In this document: piece by piece, positions 27,898 through 38,200 of the stretch | Position numbering within the stretch: the first letter of the stretch is position 1 | How the letters are laid out: the number at the start of each line of letters is the position of its first letter | Assembly: GCA_020058285.1 (NCBI GenBank) | Contig: JAGVEL010000017.1 | Span: 2,027 to 66,026, forward strand | From: Candidatus Omnitrophota bacterium | Lineage (GTDB): Bacteria > Omnitrophota > Gorgyraeia > JAHJTE01 | Direction of reading: 5' to 3' | DNA length: 64,000 nt | Notes under the pieces: model-generated | Told to the model about the DNA's origin: nothing | Seen by the model: only the letters and a program-made list of their open reading frames with translations | Databases searched by the model: none | Position numbers and translations under genes: made by a program

Positions 27898-28928
27898 TAT
27901 GCCTGCCTCATATTTTGCGAGATCCTCTTCTGTACAAAGGAAATTGCCAGGAGGATTGCGCCGAATATTATACTCTGTGCACAAGCATACCCAAATCTAG
28001 AAGAGCCTATCATAGAACTTAGTATTCTGGTCACCGGCACCTCGGTATGGAATCCCGGCCCACCGTCGGTCATAGTAAGTATCAAAATAAACGACTGCAT
28101 AGAGCCTAAAACCGTCAGTATCGCCACCAGCACGAATACTGGGATCATCAAAGGCGCGGTAATATTCTTAAATACCTGCCAACTAGTCGCTCCCTCAACA
28201 CGTGCAGCTTCATAAAGCTGTTTTGGTATAGTCTGTAATCCAGCAAGTAGAATAACAAATCCCCAGCCAAAACCTTTCCAGGAATGTACTATCGCCACAC
28301 AGGTTAATGCTGTATGAGGATCAGACAACCAGGCCTTAGTTAAATTATTAAAACCCAACGCAACCAGCCAATGATTCAATAGTCCGTAATTGCCATCATA
28401 TATCCACTGCCAAACCAAACCTACTACAACCTCGGATAATACCGGAGGTATAAAAAATATCATCCTGTAGAAATTCCCCGCCTTCATTTGTCTATCGCAG
28501 GCTAATGCCAGAATCAAAGCCAGGGCATTCTGGAAAGTTAATGCGATTAAAGTAATATAACCGGCATTAAACATCGACTGCCACCAGACTTTATCTTTTA
28601 TGACCTCTATAAAATTATATAAACCTACGAATTTCATTGTTGGCAGGATACCATCCCAACTGTAATGACCCAGTTGTAAAACTTTTATAAAAGGATAAAT
28701 ATAAAATATCGAAAAAATTGCTAAGGCAGGAACTATAAAAAGAAAACTTTTGAATTGCTTTGCTAAAATAATTTTAGTAACGAGGATAATAAGAAGTGCG
28801 ACTGCCAATAATATTATGATCGGAGATATGAATCTAAGGTTGTGGGATTTTTGATAAATTAATTCTGCTAAAATGAAACACAATATTACTATGATTGATT
28901 TTACATAGATATTTTTAAATATCCTCAT
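27897..28928 (-). CDS. ABC sugar transporter permease (CUT1 family, MalF-like)
   Basis: 343 aa with 6 TM helices and the EAA motif EAARVEGATSWQVFKNITAPLM. Confidence 0.85.
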   Translation of the reverse strand: MRIFKNIYVKSIIVILCFILAELIYQKSHNLRFISPIIILLAVALLIILVTKIILAKQFKSFLFIVPALAIFSIFYIYPFIKVLQLGHYSWDGILPTMKFVGLYNFIEVIKDKVWWQSMFNAGYITLIALTFQNALALILALACDRQMKAGNFYRMIFFIPPVLSEVVVGLVWQWIYDGNYGLLNHWLVALGFNNLTKAWLSDPHTALTCVAIVHSWKGFGWGFVILLAGLQTIPKQLYEAARVEGATSWQVFKNITAPLMIPVFVLVAILTVLGSMQSFILILTMTDGGPGFHTEVPVTRILSSMIGSSRFGYACAQSIIFGAILLAISFVQKRISQNMRQA

Positions 28929-28931
28929 CGT

Positions 28932-30263
28932 TTAATTAGAAACTATCCTGGATGACTCTTTCTCTTTTATAGCCTGCAATTCTTGCGCTAACTGCTCAGG
29001 AGTCTTTTCTTTAATCAATATTAACTGAATGCCTTTCCCCAGTGCCTCAATGACACCTGGGAACTCATTCACTGGCCAAATGCTGGGATGAGTAGCGCTA
29101 TCCATACCATCTGCAAACTGAGCCAAAATCTTGGGGATTTCTGCAAGCGCAAATTTGTTGGAAGGCAAGTTTTTAGTCTGACTCGATAAATATGCCTGTT
29201 GGTCTTTATCTGTTAACCACTTTAAAAACTTTATTGCCTCTAGTTTCTTACTAGATCTATCATTTACAAGAAATGAGAATGAAGAGCCTCCGCCCCAAAT
29301 ATACATAGGATTTTTTCTATTTACTTTTGGTGGCAAGAATACCCCATACTCTAAATGGGGATTCATGCCATCATAAACATTAATACACCATGAACCATTA
29401 AATGCAAATGCCGCTCTTTCATTAGCAAATGTCTGCTCAGCGACTTTATTTTTCATTATGACAACGCCGGATACTAAGGCATGTTTATCTACCAGTTCTT
29501 TAAATAATGAAAAGACTTTAATCCAATCAGGATCAGTATAAGGTACATCTCCTTTTAAAGTAGCGATAACCTTATCTTCTCCCATAATATTAAATGCATA
29601 ATTGGACGCAAAACAATCAATCATCCAAATCTCTCCCCACCCCGAGACCAAACCTGGCACACCCACTTTTTTTAATTTATTGATATTGTCAATAAATTCC
29701 TCCCAGTTTGAGGGTGGTCTCTCTGGATCAAGTCCTGCCTTCTTAAATAATTTTTTATTGTAAAGCATCTGGATATTCATTATATCAATAGGAGCACCAT
29801 AGATGCCTGGCAATATGGCATAGGTATTATTCTCCTTGAATTCCACCACCTCTAGAGCTTTAGAAAAGAAACATTCTTTCCAAACGCCATTTTCCTCATT
29901 CATAACCTCGCTTAAATCTGCTACATGGCCACTTTTTATAAATGCTGCAAAATCTCTCTTTTCACCCAGAAGTCCGTATATATCTGGTAAGGTTCTTCCT
30001 TGGGCAGCAGCGCGGACTTTTTGGGCATAGATATCAGAAGGGGCATAGAGTTCAAAATTAACTTTTATGCCGGTTTTGTCCTCGTAGCGTTTGGCCAATT
30101 CTTGAAAGGCTGCCTCGCGGTCAGTCATCCAGTGCCAGACATTAATTGTCGGCTTGGAAGAAAGTTTCTTAGACGAACAACCTGTTAAAGAAAATCCAAA
30201 TGCCAAAGCACAAATGACAAGATAATAACAAAATTTAAATTTCAAATGAAAAAATTTTGACAA
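28932..30263 (-). CDS. ABC transporter extracellular solute-binding lipoprotein (family 1, sugar)
   Basis: 443 aa. The lipobox is LTGCSS. It has a family-1 solute-binding fold and sits upstream of two permeases. No ATPase gene lies in the locus, as is typical for CUT1 systems. Confidence 0.85.
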   Translation of the reverse strand: MSKFFHLKFKFCYYLVICALAFGFSLTGCSSKKLSSKPTINVWHWMTDREAAFQELAKRYEDKTGIKVNFELYAPSDIYAQKVRAAAQGRTLPDIYGLLGEKRDFAAFIKSGHVADLSEVMNEENGVWKECFFSKALEVVEFKENNTYAILPGIYGAPIDIMNIQMLYNKKLFKKAGLDPERPPSNWEEFIDNINKLKKVGVPGLVSGWGEIWMIDCFASNYAFNIMGEDKVIATLKGDVPYTDPDWIKVFSLFKELVDKHALVSGVVIMKNKVAEQTFANERAAFAFNGSWCINVYDGMNPHLEYGVFLPPKVNRKNPMYIWGGGSSFSFLVNDRSSKKLEAIKFLKWLTDKDQQAYLSSQTKNLPSNKFALAEIPKILAQFADGMDSATHPSIWPVNEFPGVIEALGKGIQLILIKEKTPEQLAQELQAIKEKESSRIVSN

Positions 30264-30272
30264 CTTTTCTCC

Positions 30273-32693
30273 TTATCCTAAAACTACCCTTACTTTATAA
30301 GTTTTCCCGGGCTGCCTTGGCTTAATTACGTTGCCGTCTATAAGTTGATTATCCACAAAAACTGCCTTAACACCCTTGGATTTTCCTTTTGGGTTTTCAA
30401 TTTCTATCATATATATAGCGCCTCTAAACGGCCGGCGGATAGAGCATTTTTTCCAGTGACGAGGGATACACGGATCAACCCTCAGGCCTTCAAAATCTCG
30501 GCGCGCACCTAACAACCACTCTGTTGCAGCCATAAAAGTCCAACCAGCTGTTCCAGTAATCCAGGTAAATGCACCCTCACCATATAGGTAAGGATGCTGC
30601 GGCCCGACAAGATATTCTGACCAGGCATATGGCTCTGTTTTATATAATTCGTAATCCTTTTGAAGATTAGGCATAATCTTACGCATTGCCTCATAAGCAA
30701 AATCTCCGTAACCTTTAGATAACAAAGCCACAATCATGAATGTTGCAGCATGGCAAAAAACAGCTGCGTTTTCTTTTGTGCCTTGCGAGAACATGCTTAT
30801 TCTGCCTAATTTCGGATTAAATTCACTATAAGCCGGAGCAAATAATGCTAGCCCATGGTCACCGTCTAAATATTTTCTTGCCGAATCAACGATTTTTTCA
30901 GTCCGGCCCGCATCATCAGAAATGCCGGATAGGATTGCCCAAGACTGAGCATTGAGATGAATTTTGCCTTCCTTATTTACCTTGCTGCCGTAAACTGTGC
31001 CGTCATCAGTAAATCCGCGCTGATACCAGGCTCCATCCCAGCAAACTTCATTAACCCGCTCGCTCATTGTCTTTGCTTTATTTAAAAACTCTTCTTTCTT
31101 GGCTTTATCGCCTACAAGCGCACAAAGTTCGGCAAATAATTTTAAACTGCGCACTAATGCCTGGGCAAGCCAGACACTTTCGCCTTTGTGCTTAATGCCT
31201 GCGGCATCAATAGCATCATTCCAATCAGCATGGCCGATGTGCGGTAAGCCCCGCTCTCCAACGTCATTAAAACAGAAATTAAGGTTTCTCTCTAGATGCT
31301 CAAACAATGTTCCTTCTCCATCTGTCGTTGCCCCGCCGGAGAAATTCACATCAATATTCCAGCCTTTGAGCCACTTATCCTTTAGGTAACTTATATACTC
31401 AGACAAAATAGCCTTGTCCCCGGTTTCCCGGATATAAGCATGCACAGTTGCAGTAAGCCAGATTTGATGGTCTTTGTTCGGACGATGCCCAGCTGGACCG
31501 GTTGTATCGCCCCAACCCGAAGCACTGGTGCCGTCTTTTCTGATGAGTGAGGCAATGTGCATTATGCGCTTACGGGTAAATTCAGGATTTATCGAAACTA
31601 AACTTTCCGAATCTTGGCAGGAATCGCGGTAACCTCTACCACCTGAGCCTTCATGATAATAACTAGGAGAACGGCTCCAGAGATTACAGATATACAACTG
31701 GTATTTTACCCAGATATTCATCATAAAATCAAAATCCTTATCCGGGGTATTAACCCAGATATTATCCAATATTTTTTTCTGCCAAAAACCCTTAACATTA
31801 TCTAATTCTTTTTTGGTATTATTTAAATTGCGGTATTTAGTAAGTAAGTGGCTGATATTCGGCAGGCCTTGTGTCTGGCCGAGGATTATTACAAATTCTT
31901 TATTTTTCCCCGCAGCTAAATTTAATTTATGCTTAAAGCAGGCAATCGCGTCTTCGCCGGAACAAAAATCAATATTCTTGAACTTATCATCAAAAATCAT
32001 TTCCGGATGCTGGTCAGTGTTATACCTGCCTAAGAAAGGATATTTTCTTGTAACATATCCATCGGCTTTTAAGGAAGAGGCAAAAAATGCCTGATAGGAA
32101 AAATGTTGGATATTGAAATCGCCCCAGGCTGCGGTTTTTTTAGCAAAAATCGCTTCGTGCTGCTTATCGAACCAGACGCGGTTATATAAATTCATAATAT
32201 TGCGATAGCGCAATTCCAAATGATAATCACCAAGCAGCCATTCGCAGTAAGGAAATAACTCTAATTGTTTTGATTTTTTTGTTTCATTTTTAATAGAAAC
32301 CAGCCAGATTTCGCAATGATCATTAGTCGGAACAAAATAGGTAATTTCAGAAGATACACCATTGTATTTTGTTTTAATCTTGGTGTAACCCAAGCCGTGC
32401 CGGCATTCGTAAAAATCAGGCTTTTCTTTAACCGGCTGATAAGTAAGGGACCAAATTTTGGATTTTTCCTTTACGTAGATATATCTACCTGGCCGGTCGT
32501 CTTGCCAGCTTGAAGGAAGCCAGCGCAATATCCGGTCAGAGCGGCAATCCTTTAAGAAACTATAACCGCTGGCACAATGCGAGATAACTGCGCAATATTC
32601 TTCATTAGTTAAATAATTAATCCAGGGGCGGGGTGTGAGGGGGTCGGTTACAACAAATTCTAATCCGTCGTTAGTAAAATGGCCGTACTTCAT
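30273..32693 (-). CDS. GH94 glycoside phosphorylase (cellobiose / cellodextrin / chitobiose phosphorylase family)
   Basis: 806 aa. The N-terminus MKYGHFTNDGLEFVVTDPLTPRPWINYLTNEEY matches the conserved GH94 start (MKFGxFDDxxREYVITxPxTPxPWINYL). The length is typical. Confidence 0.8.
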   Translation of the reverse strand: MKYGHFTNDGLEFVVTDPLTPRPWINYLTNEEYCAVISHCASGYSFLKDCRSDRILRWLPSSWQDDRPGRYIYVKEKSKIWSLTYQPVKEKPDFYECRHGLGYTKIKTKYNGVSSEITYFVPTNDHCEIWLVSIKNETKKSKQLELFPYCEWLLGDYHLELRYRNIMNLYNRVWFDKQHEAIFAKKTAAWGDFNIQHFSYQAFFASSLKADGYVTRKYPFLGRYNTDQHPEMIFDDKFKNIDFCSGEDAIACFKHKLNLAAGKNKEFVIILGQTQGLPNISHLLTKYRNLNNTKKELDNVKGFWQKKILDNIWVNTPDKDFDFMMNIWVKYQLYICNLWSRSPSYYHEGSGGRGYRDSCQDSESLVSINPEFTRKRIMHIASLIRKDGTSASGWGDTTGPAGHRPNKDHQIWLTATVHAYIRETGDKAILSEYISYLKDKWLKGWNIDVNFSGGATTDGEGTLFEHLERNLNFCFNDVGERGLPHIGHADWNDAIDAAGIKHKGESVWLAQALVRSLKLFAELCALVGDKAKKEEFLNKAKTMSERVNEVCWDGAWYQRGFTDDGTVYGSKVNKEGKIHLNAQSWAILSGISDDAGRTEKIVDSARKYLDGDHGLALFAPAYSEFNPKLGRISMFSQGTKENAAVFCHAATFMIVALLSKGYGDFAYEAMRKIMPNLQKDYELYKTEPYAWSEYLVGPQHPYLYGEGAFTWITGTAGWTFMAATEWLLGARRDFEGLRVDPCIPRHWKKCSIRRPFRGAIYMIEIENPKGKSKGVKAVFVDNQLIDGNVIKPRQPGKTYKVRVVLG

Positions 32694-32739
32694 GCTTAAT
32701 TTCTCCTCTCCTTTTATATGATATTAAGCTGCTTACACA

Positions 32740-32774
32740 CCTGCCTGCCGGCAGGCAGGGATTTTTTAAAAAAG
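32740..32774 (+). terminator. GC-rich perfect palindrome cctgcctgcc/ggcaggcagg followed by GATTTTTT (hairpin/terminator-like; orientation ambiguous)
   Basis: Seen directly in the GH94 operon leader region. On the plus strand it looks like an intrinsic terminator. It could instead be an operator or leader structure. Confidence 0.35.
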
Positions 32775-32852
32775 ATTACACCGATTAAAGCATAAATCGA
32801 TAAAGCAAAACTTTACCACAAATCAATATGCGGGTCAAGAAATTTCGTTTGC

Positions 32853-33203
32853 CTAAACCCCAACAGTTTCATTGCTTCGTAAACACTTCTCCAAAAGCAC
32901 AGCAAAAGTCACCAGATTAACCGACTGTTCTCTTAAAACCACTCCCGCCCGCCAGCCATCGGGAAAATATTCCCTGGACCAGGCGATTTGGCCGGTTAAA
33001 TCAATCAACGGAAGCTCGCCGGGAATTTTAATCTGAATCTTAATCGGGCCTTGTTGAGGAATTTTGTTTTTAGAAAACAACCCTATCCCTTTTGCTGCCA
33101 AATCCCTACTTTCCGCGGATAACTCTAAATCCGGAGAATCTGTTTTAATACGCAATGGCAAGTTCAGTAATATTCTATCAAAATATCGGCGTTCATTTTC
33201 CAT
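32853..33203 (-). CDS. PilZ-domain protein (degenerate second motif)
   Basis: 116 aa. The RxxxR motif is RRYFDR. The beta-barrel PilZ-like fold is inferred. The D/NxSxGG motif is degenerate. Confidence 0.55.
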   Translation of the reverse strand: MENERRYFDRILLNLPLRIKTDSPDLELSAESRDLAAKGIGLFSKNKIPQQGPIKIQIKIPGELPLIDLTGQIAWSREYFPDGWRAGVVLREQSVNLVTFAVLLEKCLRSNETVGV

Positions 33204-33600
33204 CTTCCTTCACCTCCGTGGGTCGAAGGCCGGCCCACCATTTTTTATTCAATTCTTGGTTACAGAACTTAAATGCATAATGAAATATTCTTTCCTTGTC
33301 CCGGTCAACAAGATTGCTAAAACTTACACCCGTAGCAAGGGTTTGCCCCTCACGAACAATCGGTAAATCTTGCTGCCAGGCAACTCTGCCTTCGGTGAAT
33401 ACAAAACGCTGCTCGTCGGGCAATTCAATAATTACTTCTAAATCTGTCTGAGGAAGGTATTTCACGCGAGATTGAAACCTTATGCCGCCGCAACTGATAT
33501 CGCCTGCCTGAGTGTAAATTTCCGGTTCTTCATAATCTACTCTCTTGACGCTAACTGCGCCGTCAAAATTCCAGCGAATCGCTTTTCTTCTTTCTTCCAT
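33193..33600 (-). CDS. PilZ-domain c-di-GMP-binding protein
   Basis: 135 aa with RxxxR (RRKAIR) and DxSxGG (GDISCGGIRF) motifs. Confidence 0.7.
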   Translation of the reverse strand: MEERRKAIRWNFDGAVSVKRVDYEEPEIYTQAGDISCGGIRFQSRVKYLPQTDLEVIIELPDEQRFVFTEGRVAWQQDLPIVREGQTLATGVSFSNLVDRDKERIFHYAFKFCNQELNKKWWAGLRPTEVKEDGK

Positions 33601-33620
33601 ATCCGCCCTCCTTTAATAAG

Positions 33621-33776
33621 CACATAACTTACGGAGCAATTGATTATCTTTGGCGACGTAAGTTATAAGTGCGAATTAAATCCAGCACTTATTTTACTGC
33701 AAGGCTTATAATTAAAATAAGTGCTGGGTCAAATTCAGACATACAACTTATGTCGTTGAAAACTCCATAAGTTGTG
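33621..33776 (-). repeat. Structured intergenic repeat element, copy 3 (hairpin A cacataacttacg..cgtaagttat, box GCGAATTAAATCC, hairpin B ccagcacttatttt..aaaataagtgctgg, hairpin C acaacttatg..cataagttgt)
   Basis: Seen directly. It lies 3' of the PilZ-ROK gene stop. Confidence 0.6.
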
Positions 33777-33839
33777 TCTTTATTTGACCTCCTTTCTTTA
33801 TTATATCTCTAAACGCAAATATTGTCTCTTTCTAAAATA

Positions 33840-35147
33840 CTATCGGCATATACCGACAAAAATTTCCTTCATCACCAGGCTTATCGCGCCTAAGGCCACA
33901 ATTTTATCCTCGTCAATTTCAGAAATCAACACCTTAATTGCCTGTGTTTCTTTGATATTCGCCAGATTTAATCTTGCATTCAGCACTTTTTTAACTTCCG
34001 GGAATTCTTTATCAACTCTCTTAGAAATATAAACAATATCCGGGCCTAAAAATTCTATCAACGCCAAGGCCTTCTCCACTAAATCCATAGGAACCAATTC
34101 AATTTTACTTCCAATTTCTTTTTCCGGCTTAAAAATATCCCCTCCTAAGATTAAACTTGTTAAATGCCGAGAGTGCATATATAGAATGCTCTTATTAACC
34201 AATTCTCTCACTAGCCAGCTCTGCGCAAAAGACTCTAAATGAAAACCTTCTTCAACAACAACTGGCAAATCTAATGCTTTAGATATGTAATTTTCAAGCC
34301 CATCCGGAACTTGGCCGTTAGAAACACCAATACCAATGCCTAGTATCTGGCTGTTTTTGGCCTTAAGCTTAGTGATAATATCAGTTAAAAACGAACTAAG
34401 CGTAATGTTGATATCTTGTTTATTATCAATTAGTTTCTTCTCTTCTAAAATATTCCCTAATTCTAAGTTAGTTACCAATGCCAGCAAATAACTCTTTTCT
34501 AGGTTTACTTCAACGCCTAAAATCAAGCCAAAATCCCTATTTAGTTTAAACAACTGCGCCCTGCGGCCTCCGCTGGATAAGTCTAAGCCGCAATCAAAAA
34601 CTAATCCTGCTCTCAAGAATTCATCAATAAATTTCCCAGTGCTTACAGCATTTAAGTTAATTTCTTTGCATATATCTGCCTTAGAAACCGGGCCAAACCT
34701 GCGGATATAATCCAGAATCTGACAGCAGCGGCGCTCTTTATCTCCCAGTTTAAACAACGGCTGCCTTAAAAACTTAATCTTGTAAGCCTTTTTCTTTGGG
34801 CTAATCCGCTTATATATATAGGTAAGGTAAATTTCTTTGTTTTTTGGGTCAATCTGCAATATCTTTAAGCCTAGACCAATAATCACGCCTTGCTCTCTTT
34901 TTATCCAGGCAACTTGGCAGACAGCATGCAAAAATTTATTTTCTAATTGCAAATCAAGATGCACAACATCACCGATTAAATCCTGGGACAAATTACCACT
35001 GACAAATAGCCCTCCTTCGGAAATATTCTGCGTCTGCGCCTCTTGCCAGACAGAGTCCAACCTATCTGAGAACCTGAACCGTACCGGTAGCGTCTCGTTT
35101 ACGCGCTCAAATTTGCGCTTGTCGTTATAGGTGGATGTGTTTAACAT
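33840..35147 (-). CDS. PilZ-ROK fusion: an N-terminal PilZ c-di-GMP-binding domain fused to a ROK-family (HTH plus sugar-kinase-like) regulator
   Basis: 435 aa. The PilZ motifs are RKFER (RxxxR) and NISEGG (D/NxSxGG) in residues 10-110. A winged HTH (ILDYIRRFGPVSKADICKEINLNAVSTGKFIDEF) and a ROK domain follow. Confidence 0.7.
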   Translation of the reverse strand: MLNTSTYNDKRKFERVNETLPVRFRFSDRLDSVWQEAQTQNISEGGLFVSGNLSQDLIGDVVHLDLQLENKFLHAVCQVAWIKREQGVIIGLGLKILQIDPKNKEIYLTYIYKRISPKKKAYKIKFLRQPLFKLGDKERRCCQILDYIRRFGPVSKADICKEINLNAVSTGKFIDEFLRAGLVFDCGLDLSSGGRRAQLFKLNRDFGLILGVEVNLEKSYLLALVTNLELGNILEEKKLIDNKQDINITLSSFLTDIITKLKAKNSQILGIGIGVSNGQVPDGLENYISKALDLPVVVEEGFHLESFAQSWLVRELVNKSILYMHSRHLTSLILGGDIFKPEKEIGSKIELVPMDLVEKALALIEFLGPDIVYISKRVDKEFPEVKKVLNARLNLANIKETQAIKVLISEIDEDKIVALGAISLVMKEIFVGICR

Positions 35148-35238
35148 AATTTACTCTTTACGCAGATGAACACAGATGTAAATGCGGCAGATGATCGCAG
35201 ATATCTTTGTAAGCTAGATATAATCTGTGTAATCATTT

Positions 35239-38200
35239 TTATTTAAATACCTCTGGAAATTTCTTTTGCAACCATTCTAATATATAGTTACTAATTGCTC
35301 CTGCCTCAATAATTCTCTTTATTTTTTGTATCCCAAATGATTGTAGTTCTTTTAATATTTCTCCTCTATGGTAGGATACATCGCCATAATATTTTATATC
35401 CTCAATTACTTCAAACATTTCTTCTTCGGAAAGATGTCCACATATTGGCTCTACTTTTTCGTCACAGTTTAGAATAAAACCCACGATAATTTTCGAAACA
35501 TTATTGCCTTGTTTATATTCCTGTCCTCTATATTTATCTAATCGCAATTGGCCAAGGCAATAATGAATCATATCCACAGTTAAATCAATTGGCAATTTTG
35601 ATAAAATATAATCGAAGCTGCTCCTTTCTCTTCCAAGTAATGACAAGGCCTCATATATATTATATGGATCAAGATAATAATAAGCTATGAAGTCATCTTT
35701 TAAATCCTCGATGTAACCACTATCAAATCCATCTCTCTTGGAGAACAAATTGTATACCCATGTTGAAACATCCTTTTTAATTGCAGATTTCATTTTCTCT
35801 AAACTCGGCGCTCCCCACTTCCAGGGATTTTCTCTCCAGCGCGGATGCACATATCCTCCAAGCTCATCCTTATCAACAAGCTCCTGTAAGTTTGTCCTTC
35901 TTATATAGTATGTATCCAAGTATTCTTTCCATTCTTTATCGGTTCTATCATCAAAATCCATTAAGATATCTTTTAATGTGTTCCTTAAAAGATGATAAAT
36001 ATCCTCCTCTGGAGGCAATTTATATTCAAATACCAAATCATATAATCGCCCAATCCAGCTCTTATTTTTGAGTTCCCTATTGAAATATGTATATAAGGGC
36101 TTAGCATAACGAGTTATCTCTACATCATCTATATGCCCTGGCTCTACGTAGGTAATGCTATAATGTACAGTAACCTCATTAAAATCGTTTCCCCATCTTT
36201 CTCGGCCTGTTTCACATACAGCTATTATTATGAAACCGTCCTGCTCTAACTTCTTTTCTGCTTCGCGCTCTTGATCACATGGAACGCGTAAAAAGTGGCA
36301 ATCTCCCTTTATTTCCCGATATAATTCGAAACCTAAGAAATTAATCTCTAATCTTAATAATTTCCTTAATATATCTTCATTAGGGATTTCGTTCAAGGCT
36401 AGCTGCCACGTCTCTTTGAGTTTCTGATCGCTAAGTCCATTGTTTCTGGCTAATTTAAACCATTCAGAGGCTAATTCATTAATATCAAAAGTGCTGCTGA
36501 ATAAATCTTGAGTTAGTTTTAACCGATCCTCAGCCTTAAAATCTTCTGAGCCGAGCAAAGTTATCCATTCTGGAGATTTTAAACTAATCTCATCCAAGTT
36601 AGCTTGCCAATACAATACTTTTTGCCCATGCCTATGCTTCAAAGAGCCTTCTCTAACCAACCTAAACCCTAACTGCCTATAAAAATCCTTAACTAAAGCA
36701 TTCTTACTTGTAGGAATATATGTTCCTTGTAAAGTCGTAACGCCTTGCTCTCTAAGCTGATTTACTACATATGCCATAAATGCGTGTTCTACAGTTAAGC
36801 CAATTGCCCGGCAACTTAAACAAAATGTATCAATCTCCCACTCACAAATATTATAACCCCTGCCTAATCTCATTACACCGACTATGCCTGCATTCCCAAA
36901 CTTATCTATCAATTCTAAGGTAAATATTTTGGCCGTTAAAGAACCTACGCCTCTTACATCCCATTTCACCACTTCTTTAGAACGCTCTCCCGGAGTTAGA
37001 TTAAACTGATTTGTTCTTTGGGTTAATTGGAATATGCGTGATATATATGGCAGGTTTTCTTGGCCTTCCCGGATAATTATCTTCATATCTAAAGAACGAT
37101 AATATTCCTCTAAAGAAACAGCCTGTCCTTTTAATTCGTCCCTTTTGCTTTTAGCGAGATAGAGTTGGGTTCTACGCCTATCCTCCTCAGTGATTTTCCC
37201 CTCAGGAAATAGCCCCGAGCCAATTAATAATTGTATTCTTTCTATTGGCCTATCCGGAATATCTGGCGTGAAAACCTCGGGATAGCTTAATCTTATTAAC
37301 TCTCTTTCATGCGGACTGTCATCTATGAATACCAAACTATCCATACCAATATTTAACTCCTCGGCTATCTCCCTTAAATTTGTAGCCTTATCCTGCCAAT
37401 TGGCTTTAATAATCGTAAAGTCATCTTTTCTTAGAATCATCTCAGGATGTCTTTCTAATACCCCGATGACCTCTTCGGGATTATTCTTGCTGTTTATGGC
37501 TAAGATAATGTCTCTCTCTTTGAGTGCCCTTACTGTTTTTTGAAATTCCTTATGCTCTTCTGTTATCTTTATCCCGTTAAATCCGTCTTCTCCTACAATG
37601 CCAGACCACAATATACCGTCTGCATCCAGAACGAGGCATTTTTTGTTATTTTGCTGTACTGGCGAACTGACGGTTTCATCAAGATTTTCTATCGGCAACA
37701 CCCCAGCCGCAACTCCGATATCAGATTCGGCAGGAATAGCCTCGAATGTTTTAAATACCTCTGGAAAATTTTGCTTAAGCCAATCTAATATTTCTTGGTC
37801 TTCGCCAAAAATCTTTATAAGTCGCTCTTTGCCGATTGCCAACAATTCCTTCTGGATTGCACTTCTTATTGCTAACATTTCTTTGCGCCAGAGTTCTGAG
37901 GTGTAGTTTTTCTTAATAATTAATTCTACTAACAGATCGCTAAGATACTGACTCATTGACACCTGGCTAAATTCAGCCCTTGTTAGCCAGACAATAGGAA
38001 TATTCCCTTCAATCTTCCGGTCCCAACTTGGCTTTATGTTCATGGAATAATTAAACATATCAGCCGCTAAATCCGGTGCTAAGTACGAAGTAATCTGGCC
38101 GAATTTTTCAGAAATACCGAAAACATTTGAAAAGATTTTATAGGCATTTTCAGGGTCCATATAGTAATATGCTTTTAATATTTGGCTGGCATTTTGTGCT

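Noticed and set aside
27897-27984. The 5' extension of the MalG-like permease ORF (ORF-track start at 27984)
   Set aside because: It would overlap the upstream permease by 88 nt. The internal ATG at 27897 gives the common ATGA stop/start overlap and a normal permease N-terminus.
32740-32759. The GC-rich 20-bp palindrome as a LacI/ROK operator
   Set aside because: LacI-family operators are AT-rich with a central CG. This perfect GC stem followed by a T-run looks more like an RNA hairpin or terminator. Its function is left open.
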